In this document: positions 43,272 to 52,423 of the stretch, piece by piece | How the letters are laid out: every line of letters begins with the position of its first letter | How positions within the stretch are numbered: position 1 is the first letter of the stretch | Source: Nitrospira sp. | GTDB taxonomy: Bacteria > Nitrospirota > Nitrospiria > Nitrospirales > Nitrospiraceae | Reading direction: 5' to 3' | DNA length: 64,000 bases | Assembly (NCBI GenBank): GCA_021323395.1 | Contig: JAJONL010000002.1 | Location: 12,621 to 76,620, forward strand | Translations under genes and position numbers: made by a program | Notes under the pieces: generated by a model | Seen by the model: only the letters and a program-made list of their open reading frames with translations | The model's database searches: none | What the model was told of the DNA's origin: nothing

Positions 43272-45893
43272 TCACGCCAAGGCCGTCATCATCTTGCGGG
43301 TGATTCGCTGCTTCGTCGAAAAGTACTCTCTCCACGGGTCGTGCTTCAGCCGGCTGAGTCGGTCCCCGAGATTGCCAAGGGTGAACTGGTCGGATCGCAC
43401 GTCCGCCGACAACTCGTCCCACGATAATGGAACCGACACCGGGGCGCCCGGTCTGGCCCGCGTGGAGTAGGCGGCCACGGCCGTCGCGCCCTTGGCGTTG
43501 CGCAAATAATCGACATAGATTTTCCCTTTCCGTTTCTGCTTGGACATGTTCGCCAGAAAACGTTCGGGAATCATATGCTCCAGATGGTCGGCGAGCGACT
43601 TCGAGAAAGCCTTGACCTCATCCCAGGTATGGACGCGTTGCAGCGGCACCACGACATGAAGACCCTTCCCGCCGGTCGTCTTGACGAAGGACGCGAGGTT
43701 CAATTCGCTCAGCAGCGTGCGCAACAATTGCGCGCCTTCAACGACCGATGCCCATGCGACCGCAGGGTCGGGATCGAGGTCGAGAATCATGCGGTCCGGA
43801 TTGTCGAGCCGATCCCGTTTCGACCCCCATGTATGCAGCTCCAGGACGCCCATCTGCACCAGCCCCGCCAGAGCGGCGAGCGAATCGGCCACCATATAAC
43901 AAGCCGTCCCGTCATCCTCGGGAATCTCCACTCGTCCGACCGCCTCAGGAATGCGATCGTTGGCGTGCTTTTGATAGAAACATTCCTTGTCGTATCCCTC
44001 GGGACAACGGACGAGCGTCAGGGGCCGGTCCTGGACATGCGGGAGGATCCACTCACTGACGGTTTCGTAATATTGCGCCAGCGCTAATTTGGTGACGCTC
44101 TGTTCGGGAAACAAGACGCGGTCGGGATGACTGAGCGTCACGCCGCCGATGATCGCCGGCCCCTTCGGAAAGGGCACGCTAGGAACCGGGTCGCGGGGTG
44201 ATGAGTTTTTGCGCCGCGTGCGATGCGATGAGGCAGGGCGAGGCGTCTTGTCTGCGATCGGACGAGAAGCCTCCGGGGCTGGCCGTTCATGCATCACCGA
44301 CCGCGCGTCCTTGTCTTCTCGCAGACCTTGAAACGAGGCCTGCCTCAACTGGCCTTCGTGGGTCCATTCGGCAAAGGCCACCTCGGCAACCAATGCCGGG
44401 CGCAGCCAATGCACCCCGCGAGCTTCGCTGCCGCGAGGCGGATTCATGAAGGGAGCCGTCGGCTGCTCCAGTTTTTTGAGGCGCGCATGAAGTTCCTTGA
44501 GCGAGCGCTCAGAAAAGCCCGTGCCGGTGCGTCCTGCATATTGGAGACGACCCTGCGCATCGTAGACACCCAGCAGCAAGGCACCGAAGGATGATCGCGA
44601 ACCCGACGGGTCGGTAAAGCCGCCGATGACGAATTCCTGCCGACGACTGCATTTGACCTTGACCCAGTTGCGGTTCCGTCCGGCCACATAAGCGGCATCC
44701 GCACGTTTGGCGATCAGTCCCTCCATTCCGCTGCGGCAGGCTTCGGCAAAGGCGACGTCGCCCTGTCCGGTTATATGATCGCTATATCGGAGCAAGGACG
44801 AGGGCGGGCTCTTCTTGAACAGGGCGGCCAGGCATTGTTTGCGCTCAATCAGTGGAGCAGGCCGCAAATCGTACCCGTCGACGTAGAGCAGGTCGAACAG
44901 GAAATAGACCAAGTTGCTGTCTGAATGGGCATCGAATGCATTCTGCAGCGTTTGGAAACTTATCCGTCCATCCGGAAGCAGCGCCACCACTTCGCCATCG
45001 AACCAAGCCTGCTCTACGGGCAGGCCGGCCGCGGCGGAGGCGATGCGCGGTAATTTTGCCGTCCACTCATTGCCGTTTCTGGTCCACAGGGTGGCTTGGC
45101 TGTTGTTCACCCGGCACAAAATTCGATAACCGTCATACTTGAGTTCATGCACCCATTCCTCGCCTTCGGGGGAAGCCGTCACCAGGGTCGCCAGTTGCGG
45201 GGCCACCCATTGTTCCTGGGGAGCTTTGCGGGCTCCGGGCATCGGGGCATTCTTAAGCAGCCGCCGGGCTGGAGCTGGCCGGCTGGGTTTGTCGGACGCC
45301 CTATTCGATTCCCACACCGCAGGCTGACCCGCGGCAATTTGCTCGATGCTCTTGCCGCTCGCCACGCTCGCGGTGAGCCGCTGCGTCACATCGCTCTGTT
45401 TTCCGCTGCGCGCTTCCTCGTCTTGTTCCTTGATCAAGAGCCAGTTTTCTTTCCCCGTTTCCTGTCGGCCGCCCATGCGGACCAGATTCCAGATGCCGTG
45501 TAATTTTTCTCCCTGCAGGGTGAATTTCAGTCGTCCCCGGCGGTAACTCGAACCGGGATCGCCGATGGGCTCCCAGTAGCCCCGATCCCACAGCAGCACC
45601 GTGCCGCCGCCGTACTGCTCGGCGGGAATGATGCCCTCGAAGCCGGCGTAATCGAGGGGATGGTCTTCGACATGCACGGCCAGGCGCTTTTGTTTCGGGT
45701 CCAGGCTGGGTCCCTTAGGGACCGCCCAGCTCTTCAAGGTGCCATCCAATTCCAAACGAAAGTCGTAATGGAGGCGACTCGCGGCATGTTTTTGAATGAC
45801 GAATTGCAGCCGTCCCGTATGGGGGACCGATTTCCCGCGCGGCTCGGGCGTCTTATTGAAATTTCGCTTTTTCCAATATTGCCGAAGACCCAT
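43272..45893 (-). CDS. ligD: Multifunctional NHEJ DNA ligase D (phosphoesterase-ligase-polymerase)
   Basis: PE: FVIQKHAASRLHYDFRLE. Ligase: ELKYDGYR, EGLIAKR, WVKVK. Pol: DLDP, KTTGGKGLHV, VDYLRN. Confidence 0.97.
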   Translation of the reverse strand: MGLRQYWKKRNFNKTPEPRGKSVPHTGRLQFVIQKHAASRLHYDFRLELDGTLKSWAVPKGPSLDPKQKRLAVHVEDHPLDYAGFEGIIPAEQYGGGTVLLWDRGYWEPIGDPGSSYRRGRLKFTLQGEKLHGIWNLVRMGGRQETGKENWLLIKEQDEEARSGKQSDVTQRLTASVASGKSIEQIAAGQPAVWESNRASDKPSRPAPARRLLKNAPMPGARKAPQEQWVAPQLATLVTASPEGEEWVHELKYDGYRILCRVNNSQATLWTRNGNEWTAKLPRIASAAAGLPVEQAWFDGEVVALLPDGRISFQTLQNAFDAHSDSNLVYFLFDLLYVDGYDLRPAPLIERKQCLAALFKKSPPSSLLRYSDHITGQGDVAFAEACRSGMEGLIAKRADAAYVAGRNRNWVKVKCSRRQEFVIGGFTDPSGSRSSFGALLLGVYDAQGRLQYAGRTGTGFSERSLKELHARLKKLEQPTAPFMNPPRGSEARGVHWLRPALVAEVAFAEWTHEGQLRQASFQGLREDKDARSVMHERPAPEASRPIADKTPRPASSHRTRRKNSSPRDPVPSVPFPKGPAIIGGVTLSHPDRVLFPEQSVTKLALAQYYETVSEWILPHVQDRPLTLVRCPEGYDKECFYQKHANDRIPEAVGRVEIPEDDGTACYMVADSLAALAGLVQMGVLELHTWGSKRDRLDNPDRMILDLDPDPAVAWASVVEGAQLLRTLLSELNLASFVKTTGGKGLHVVVPLQRVHTWDEVKAFSKSLADHLEHMIPERFLANMSKQKRKGKIYVDYLRNAKGATAVAAYSTRARPGAPVSVPLSWDELSADVRSDQFTLGNLGDRLSRLKHDPWREYFSTKQRITRKMMTALA

Positions 45894-45928
45894 GCGGCTT
45901 CTCCGCCCTGAGGACAATGCCTCTCAGG

Positions 45929-46639
45929 TCACTTATGAAACTGCGGCGGCGCGGATGCCGGAGGTGGGCCGGCGGGAGCCGACGACCCGCCCCCGAACCC
46001 GAAGAAAGGGCCGCCATAATATGGATATCCATAATATCCTGGGTAGCCGCCGTACCAACCGCCCAATCCGCCGTAAGGCCCCCAGTACGAGTAGGGATAG
46101 GCGTACATCGATCGGCCATAGGGATAGGCGTAGGGGGCGGAGCGTATTTGAGGATTCACCTCATCCCAGTCCACGAGGTGTTTGACTTCCAGGACCGGAT
46201 AGGTGTATTCGCCCTCATCCATGCCTCGAGTCACCGCCGGCCTCACCTCCCCGACCACAGTCACCGGTGTTCCGGCGTCGACCACCGCGGGATCGAGAAA
46301 CTCCCCGCTCTTAACCGCCAGAAATCGGCCTTGCGATCTCGCCCGATCCTTGGCCGGCGCGGCACCGGAGCCGGTTGGAATCTGCAACACTTCGATCTCG
46401 GTGCGATCCTTCACCCGTTTGCTCTTCAGCACGATGCCGCTCACCATGACGGTCCTGCCTTGATAGGCTCCGGGATCGGCCTTCAAGTCCGCGAAAGAGA
46501 CCGACTGGTCCACTTGTTGTTGCACCTGGTCGGGCAGAATCCGATCGAGCAGATCGCGGCCGGACTGATGCGCGCTTTGCGCGCAGGCGGTCGACCAATA
46601 CAAGAGCAGACAGAGTCCCGCCGTGACCAACGGCTTCAC
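45929..46639 (-). CDS. Slp-family outer-membrane lipoprotein with a Tyr/Gly/Pro-rich tail
   Basis: Lipobox STAC; VMVSGIV, TEIEVLQIP, SQGRFL, FLDPAV, VTVVGEV, YTYPVL; start set at GTG 46639. Confidence 0.85.
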   Translation of the reverse strand: MKPLVTAGLCLLLYWSTACAQSAHQSGRDLLDRILPDQVQQQVDQSVSFADLKADPGAYQGRTVMVSGIVLKSKRVKDRTEIEVLQIPTGSGAAPAKDRARSQGRFLAVKSGEFLDPAVVDAGTPVTVVGEVRPAVTRGMDEGEYTYPVLEVKHLVDWDEVNPQIRSAPYAYPYGRSMYAYPYSYWGPYGGLGGWYGGYPGYYGYPYYGGPFFGFGGGSSAPAGPPPASAPPQFHK

Positions 46640-46652
46640 CGGCGCCCGCTGC

Positions 46653-47282
46653 TTAAAAATGATAGGACAGGCCCGTGACCAAGATCTGTGCGTCATAATT
46701 TCCATTGAACCCGCTCGATGGGCCGAAGGCACCATTGAACTCGAAGGTAGCTTGACTATATTTGTACTCGGTGTACACAGCGATGTAGGGCGTGATGAAG
46801 GCTCTGATGCCCACCAGCAGATTCAAGGCGGATGAAACGTCGGTACTGCCGCGGGTCGTCGCCGAATCTCCGATGCGCGCAATGGCGGCGCCTGCGCCGA
46901 TGCCAGCATAGGGTTGAAAGGTGACGCCGGGATAACGCGCCAGCAAGTTCACCCCGACATTGGTTACCCGCATGTGAATGCCGGGAACATCATCGAGATT
47001 CTTGATGTGCGGTGTGCTGTGGAACACATCGAGCTCCACGCCGAACCAGCCGTTACCGGGAAACGTCCCGACCTTGCCTCCATAGACGAATGAATTCTGC
47101 AAGTCGAAATCCGGCGCACGAAATCCGCTGAGACCGCCGGTCCCCCGAATATCGCTGAGCTGATCCGCAAAATTCGCCCCAAATTGACCGGCCACGTACC
47201 ATTCCGCTGAGGCCGTGCGGACCGGAAGCGTCGAAGCCAAGACGCCCAACAAAATGGCGACTGAATACCACATGCGCCCCAT
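46653..47282 (-). CDS. Small outer-membrane beta-barrel (OmpA-like 8-strand family)
   Basis: Signal peptide (ASA-E), amphipathic strands, FQPYAGIGAG, terminal GLSYHF. Confidence 0.85.
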   Translation of the reverse strand: MGRMWYSVAILLGVLASTLPVRTASAEWYVAGQFGANFADQLSDIRGTGGLSGFRAPDFDLQNSFVYGGKVGTFPGNGWFGVELDVFHSTPHIKNLDDVPGIHMRVTNVGVNLLARYPGVTFQPYAGIGAGAAIARIGDSATTRGSTDVSSALNLLVGIRAFITPYIAVYTEYKYSQATFEFNGAFGPSSGFNGNYDAQILVTGLSYHF

Positions 47283-47520
47283 CACTCTCGTCTCCTTCGA
47301 ATGCATCCCGCGGCTTCCAACCGCCGACAGGCCTGTCGCGCAGCATAGGTACTGTACGCGGATGCGGATATGAGGGGGAGCTAGTAGGTACCCTAGGCGT
47401 CTGTCATCCTTTGGAGGACGCCTGTCCAGGAGGTTTGCCTAGTAGAAGGGACGCTCAATTTGAGGATAGATGAGCGTAAATCGAGGACGCATGGCACCGC
47501 CTCCGCAGAGCCATCGGCAC

Positions 47521-48039
47521 ATGAAGCGTTCTGTGTTGCACAGCGTGAGTCTTCTCTCCGTGGTCGGCCTCGTGGCATTGGCCGTGGGCCTTCTCTATTC
47601 GAAGGGCACCGCAGATTTGGCCGCTCAGGACCGTCAACCCATTCCCTTCAGCCACGAATTCCATGCCGGGCGGCTCGGTCTGGATTGTCTCTATTGTCAT
47701 CGCGCGGCGCATCAATCTCCAACCGCCGGCGTGCCCAGCCTACAACTTTGCATGGGATGCCATCGGAATATGGACGCGAATCAACCGGGCATCCAGACTC
47801 TCCTCGATCATTGGACGCGTCGACAGCCTGTCGCGTGGGTGCGTCTGCAGCGCCTGCCGGACTTTGTGTACTTCACGCACGAGCGTCACCTCGCCAATCA
47901 GGTGCAGTGCCTGGACTGCCACGGACAGGTCGAGTCCACACCTTACACGCCGCGCGCCGCGACGTACGAGATGGGCTGGTGCTTGGCCTGTCATCAGCAA
48001 CGGGGCGCGTCTCGCGATTGCATCACGTGCCACAAATAA
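47521..48039 (+). CDS. actA: Membrane-anchored pentaheme cytochrome c (ActA-like)
   Basis: Five CxxCH motifs (CLYCH, CMGCH, CLDCH, CLACH, CITCH); QPIPFSHEFH; RLPDFVYFTHERH; MGWC; N-terminal TM. Confidence 0.88.
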   Translation: MKRSVLHSVSLLSVVGLVALAVGLLYSKGTADLAAQDRQPIPFSHEFHAGRLGLDCLYCHRAAHQSPTAGVPSLQLCMGCHRNMDANQPGIQTLLDHWTRRQPVAWVRLQRLPDFVYFTHERHLANQVQCLDCHGQVESTPYTPRAATYEMGWCLACHQQRGASRDCITCHK

Positions 48040-48109
48040 GGCTGCTCATCCGAAACGACGAGCGGATCGTGACGCGGCCAGGACCTTCTGCTCGTAGTGT
48101 GACGAGTCG

Positions 48110-50299
48110 ATGAAACTGAAACGGCGAACCTTCATCAAAGCGTTGGGACTCGCGGCAGCCGGTTCATTCCTGCCCGGCTGCGAGCGCGAAGTGCACCACC
48201 TCGTGCCGTATGTCTTACCCGACGACGAAATCGTGCCGGGTGTCGCCGACTGGTATGCCTCGACCTGTCGTGAATGTCAGGCCGGATGTGGGGTTGTGGT
48301 TCGCGTGATGGAGGGACGGGCGAAGAAAATCGAAGGCAATTCGGAGCATCCTCTCAATCAAGGCAAGCTCTGCGCCAAGGGGCAGGCGGCCTTGCAGGGC
48401 CTCTACAATCCGGACCGCATCCGGGAGCCATTGCGACGGCCGGAACGAGAGGGTCGCCGCCCCTTCGAGCCGCTGGCATGGGAAGAGGCTCTGACCCAGC
48501 TGACCGAACGACTCCGCAAGGTGCAGGGCCCGGTTATCATGATTAGCCGCCCCCTGTCCGGAACCTTGGCCGAGTTGGTCTCGACCTTCATGCGCGCGAT
48601 CGACGGCGAGCTGTATTTCTACGAACCCGGCGCAGACCTCCCGCTTCGCGCCGCCTCCCGTGCAGCCTTCGGCATGGACGCCTGGCCCCACATCGACTTG
48701 GCCGGAAGCGATTATGTGCTTTCCTTCGGTGCTCCGTTTCTCGAAGGGTGGCTGTCTCCCGTCTCCCTCGGCATCGCCTACGGACAGATGCGCCAGGGTC
48801 GACCCCTGACCCGGGGGCGGTTCGTCCAGGTCGAACCTCGGCTCTCACTGACCGGCGCCAGCGCCGATCGGTGGATCCCTATCCGCCCGGGCACCGCCGG
48901 CCTCCTCGCCATGGGCATCGGTCAGATCCTTCTGGCGGAGAGACCATCGGCATTGCCTGAAACCCAGCGCAGGACGTACGAGCGGATCTACGGAGACATC
49001 CCGCTTGATCGGATTGCCGCCCTCACCGACATCCCGCGCGAGGAGCTGGTCCGCACGGCGCGGGAATTCGGCTCAGCCGGCGCTCCCCTCGCGATCGGCG
49101 GCGGCGCCGCTTGCGCCCATACCAACGCGACCGAATCCCTGGCGGCGATCCAGGGGCTCAACGTCGTCACAGGCAGAATCGGCAGGCCCGGAGGCCTGCG
49201 CTTTTATGAACCGGCCCTGTTTTCCGGAACGCAGAGCATCCCCTGGCTCACGGAGCGCTCCCTGGGAGAACTGGCGCAGCGGGCCCTGTCCGTCGTGCTC
49301 CTGTACGACAGCAACCCCTTGCATACGGCGCCGCCCTCGATCCCGCTTCGGCGCCTGTTCGAACAGGCGGATTTCGTCGCCAGCTTCAGTCCCTTCATGG
49401 ACGACTCTACCTCCGCGGCCGACCTGATTCTTCCCGACCATTCCCCGCTCGAGTCCTGGGGCGATCATGTTCAACCGACCTCCTTTCCGACCGCCATCGT
49501 GAGCCTGAGCCAGCCGGTGGTCACACCGCTCTATGATACGCGGGCAGTAGGAGATACGTTTCTGTCGCTGGCCCATCGACTCGGGCTGAGCGGATTTCCC
49601 AGAGAGACTTTCCACGCGTTCCTCCAAGATCGCTGGCGGCGTTTGTTGAGTGAGCAAGCCGGGACTCACGGCGAAGAGGCGTTCGCGGCGGCCTGGGCTC
49701 ATCACGTTCAGCAGGGCGGCTGGTGGGGTCGGCCGGGACGCGAATTGACCGTGACGGCTGCCCCTCCTCCACTTCCTCATGTCCCCGCGACCTTCGACGG
49801 AGACGACCAGAATTGGCCGCTGTATTTCCATCCTTACCCATCCCCGTCGCTCGGACAGGGTCGAGGCGCCAATTTGCCCTGGCTTCAGGAACTACCCGAT
49901 GCCTTGACGTCCGCCATGTGGGGAACCTGGGCGGAAATCAATCCACATACCGCGCAGGCGCATGGAATCAGGCAGGGAGATATCGTGCGCATTGTTTCGC
50001 GCTACGGCAGCATCGAAGTCCCGGCCCTGTACTATCCTGCAATCAGGCCGGACGTCATTGCCGTGCCGATGGGACAGGGTCATCAGGAGTACGGCCGTTA
50101 TGCGAGCCGGCGTGGCGTCAATCCACAGTCCATCCTCGCTCCCCTCTTCGATCACCGCACCGGAGTTCTCGCGAGCGCCGCCACGAGGGTACGGATAGAG
50201 GCAACCGGCAGGCCGGGACGACCGGTCCTGCTGGAGCCGTCCGCCCTGGATCCCGGTCACGAATTACTGACCATCGGAAAGGCTCGCTCGAGCCCGTGA
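48110..50299 (+). CDS. actB1: Molybdopterin-oxidoreductase-like subunit (ActB1/QrcB-like), Tat lipoprotein
   Basis: KRRTFIK Tat motif plus LPGC lipobox; CRECQAGC-x27-C; KIEGNSEHP; SFGAPFLEGW; ADLILP..LESWGD. Confidence 0.85.
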   Translation: MKLKRRTFIKALGLAAAGSFLPGCEREVHHLVPYVLPDDEIVPGVADWYASTCRECQAGCGVVVRVMEGRAKKIEGNSEHPLNQGKLCAKGQAALQGLYNPDRIREPLRRPEREGRRPFEPLAWEEALTQLTERLRKVQGPVIMISRPLSGTLAELVSTFMRAIDGELYFYEPGADLPLRAASRAAFGMDAWPHIDLAGSDYVLSFGAPFLEGWLSPVSLGIAYGQMRQGRPLTRGRFVQVEPRLSLTGASADRWIPIRPGTAGLLAMGIGQILLAERPSALPETQRRTYERIYGDIPLDRIAALTDIPREELVRTAREFGSAGAPLAIGGGAACAHTNATESLAAIQGLNVVTGRIGRPGGLRFYEPALFSGTQSIPWLTERSLGELAQRALSVVLLYDSNPLHTAPPSIPLRRLFEQADFVASFSPFMDDSTSAADLILPDHSPLESWGDHVQPTSFPTAIVSLSQPVVTPLYDTRAVGDTFLSLAHRLGLSGFPRETFHAFLQDRWRRLLSEQAGTHGEEAFAAAWAHHVQQGGWWGRPGRELTVTAAPPPLPHVPATFDGDDQNWPLYFHPYPSPSLGQGRGANLPWLQELPDALTSAMWGTWAEINPHTAQAHGIRQGDIVRIVSRYGSIEVPALYYPAIRPDVIAVPMGQGHQEYGRYASRRGVNPQSILAPLFDHRTGVLASAATRVRIEATGRPGRPVLLEPSALDPGHELLTIGKARSSP

Positions 50300-50372
50300 G
50301 GATGAGGAAGGGGAGCGATGAAGTCGAGGGAATGACAGTCGGTTATGAGTGCAAACGTATGGGAGGGAGCAC

Positions 50373-51092
50373 ATGAGCGAGCACAAGGAGGAGCCTCAGG
50401 ACGGCCGTCCCTACAAATGGGAGATGGTCATCGATCTCGATCGATGCACCGGTTGCGAGGCCTGCGTGGTGGCCTGTCATGCGGAAAACAATATTCGTAT
50501 TTCCGGCGAGCAAGAAGCCGCGGACGGCCGGGCCATCAATTGGATCCGCATCGAGCGCTATTGGGAAGGCGAGTATCCCAATGTCAAGGCGAGGTTCATG
50601 CCCGTGCTCTGCCAGCATTGCGGGAACGCCCCATGCGAGCCGGTCTGTCCGGTCTATGCCTCCTACCACACGCCGGATGGCTTGAACGCGCAGGTGTACA
50701 ACCGCTGCATCGGAGTGCGGTACTGCGGCAACAATTGCCCCTACACGGTCAGGCAATTCAACTGGTTCGACCCGCATTGGGACGCGCCCTTGGCGGAGCA
50801 ACTGAACCCGGACGTGACCGTCCGTCAAAACGGCATCATGGAAAAGTGCACCTTCTGTGTGCAGCGCATCAGACAGGGAAAGGAGCAGGCGGAGAAGGAG
50901 GGCCGGCGCGTACGCGACGGGGAAGTCGTACCGGCCTGCGTGCAATCCTGTCCGACTTCCGCGCTCCTGTTCGGCGATCGGAACGACCCTACCAGCCGAG
51001 TCTCGCAATCAGCCGCCAGTGACCGGGGATTTCACCTCCTGGAGGAGTTAGGCACTCATCCGGCCATTACCTATTTGAAGCGGTTACCATGA
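50373..51092 (+). CDS. actB2: Four-cluster ferredoxin-like subunit (ActB2; three 4Fe-4S plus one 3Fe-4S pattern)
   Basis: CTGCEACVVAC, CQHCGNAPCEPVC, CIGVRYCGNNC (one Cys replaced, as in ACIII), MEKCTFC, ACVQSCP. Confidence 0.9.
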   Translation: MSEHKEEPQDGRPYKWEMVIDLDRCTGCEACVVACHAENNIRISGEQEAADGRAINWIRIERYWEGEYPNVKARFMPVLCQHCGNAPCEPVCPVYASYHTPDGLNAQVYNRCIGVRYCGNNCPYTVRQFNWFDPHWDAPLAEQLNPDVTVRQNGIMEKCTFCVQRIRQGKEQAEKEGRRVRDGEVVPACVQSCPTSALLFGDRNDPTSRVSQSAASDRGFHLLEELGTHPAITYLKRLP

Positions 51093-52423
51093 CGACACCG
51101 GCACCGGCAGAGGAGCACCAGATTCCGAAAATCAATCGGGACCTCCTGGCCCCGCTCGTGACGACCCATTGGAGCTACTTTCTCCTGGTGGGAGCGTTGG
51201 CCTGTCTCGTGGCCGCCGGCGCCGGGGCCTGGTCCTATCAGTTCCGCACCGGCATCGGCCGGACCAATCTTCATCCTCCGGTGTTCTGGGGCGTGTACAT
51301 CGCGTCGTTTATTTTCTGGGTCGGCGCGAGCCATTCGGGCACGTTCATTTCAGGGGTGCTTCGGCTCACCAAGGCGGAGTGGCGACGGCCGATCACCAGG
51401 ATTGCCGAACTGATGACGTCTATTTCCTTGATGATCGCGACCCTGTTCGTCTTTTATCACCTGGGGCGGGTCTGGCGATGGTACTACCTGATTCCCTATC
51501 CCAATCAGCGTGAGATCTGGCCGAATTTCCGTTCCCCCCTCATGTGGGATGCGATGGCGGTGTTCACTTATGCGACCGCCAGCACCATCTATCTGTACCT
51601 GCCGCTCATACCCGACTTCGCCTTGATGCGCGACCGGATCGAGGGCTGGAGAAAGCCGCTGTATCGCGCGCTTTCTCTGGGATGGCAGGGCACGCAGCAG
51701 CAATGGCAGGTCTTGGAGACCGCCATGCGGATCATCACCCCCTTGATCGTCATGGTGATGGTGTCGGTCCATTCGATCGTGGGATGGGATTTCGGGGTCT
51801 CGCTGGTTCCGGCATGGCATTCGACGATTTTCGCTCCCTATTTCGTGGTGGGTGCGGTGCACTCCGGAGTCGGGCTGGTGGTCATCGGGATGTACGTACT
51901 TCGAAAAATCTATCACTTGGAAGACTATATCGGACGGGAGCATTTCGACAAAATGGGAAAGCTCCTCCTCCTCACGACCCTCGGCCTGGCCTATCTGTAT
52001 TTTGCCGAACTGCTCACCATTTGGTACGGAAATATCCCCGACCATCGGTGGGTGGTCGACGCTCTCCTGACCGGTGCGTTCGCCGGGCCGTTCTGGTTCA
52101 TGGTGGGCTGCATCTATGTCATTCCCCTGATCACGCTCACCCTCCCGGCCTTTCGACATTGGCCCTTGGGCGTCATGTTCATCGGGCTGCTGATCAACAT
52201 CGGAATGTACATCGAACGCGTGTTGCTCATCGTCCCGCCGCTGGCCTATCCCCGGTTGCCCTTCAATTGGGACAGCTACGCCCCCTCCTGGGTCGAGATG
52301 ACCATCGTCGTCGGGTCGCTGGCTCTCGCGGTGCTGCTTTATGTCCTGGCCGTCAAATTCGTGCCCATCATTTCCATATGGGAGGAGAAGGAGGGATTGG
52401 TTCATGGCGGACGTCAGCAATGA
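51089..52423 (+). CDS. actC: NrfD/PsrC-family quinol-interacting membrane subunit (ActC)
   Basis: FIFWVGASHSG, WRRPITRIAE, HLGRVW, PNFRSPLMWD, VSVHSIV, WHSTIFAPYFV. Confidence 0.92.
   Translation: MTTPAPAEEHQIPKINRDLLAPLVTTHWSYFLLVGALACLVAAGAGAWSYQFRTGIGRTNLHPPVFWGVYIASFIFWVGASHSGTFISGVLRLTKAEWRRPITRIAELMTSISLMIATLFVFYHLGRVWRWYYLIPYPNQREIWPNFRSPLMWDAMAVFTYATASTIYLYLPLIPDFALMRDRIEGWRKPLYRALSLGWQGTQQQWQVLETAMRIITPLIVMVMVSVHSIVGWDFGVSLVPAWHSTIFAPYFVVGAVHSGVGLVVIGMYVLRKIYHLEDYIGREHFDKMGKLLLLTTLGLAYLYFAELLTIWYGNIPDHRWVVDALLTGAFAGPFWFMVGCIYVIPLITLTLPAFRHWPLGVMFIGLLINIGMYIERVLLIVPPLAYPRLPFNWDSYAPSWVEMTIVVGSLALAVLLYVLAVKFVPIISIWEEKEGLVHGGRQQ

Noticed and set aside
46090-46140. TAGGG-containing repeats resembling the upstream motif
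   Set aside because: They are the antisense of Tyr-Pro-Tyr codons within the Slp tail.
42623-47332. Exact 14-mer AACCGCCGACAGGC at 42623 and 47319
   Set aside because: Several 14-mer repeats are expected by chance in 64 kb of GC-rich DNA; the flanks do not align.
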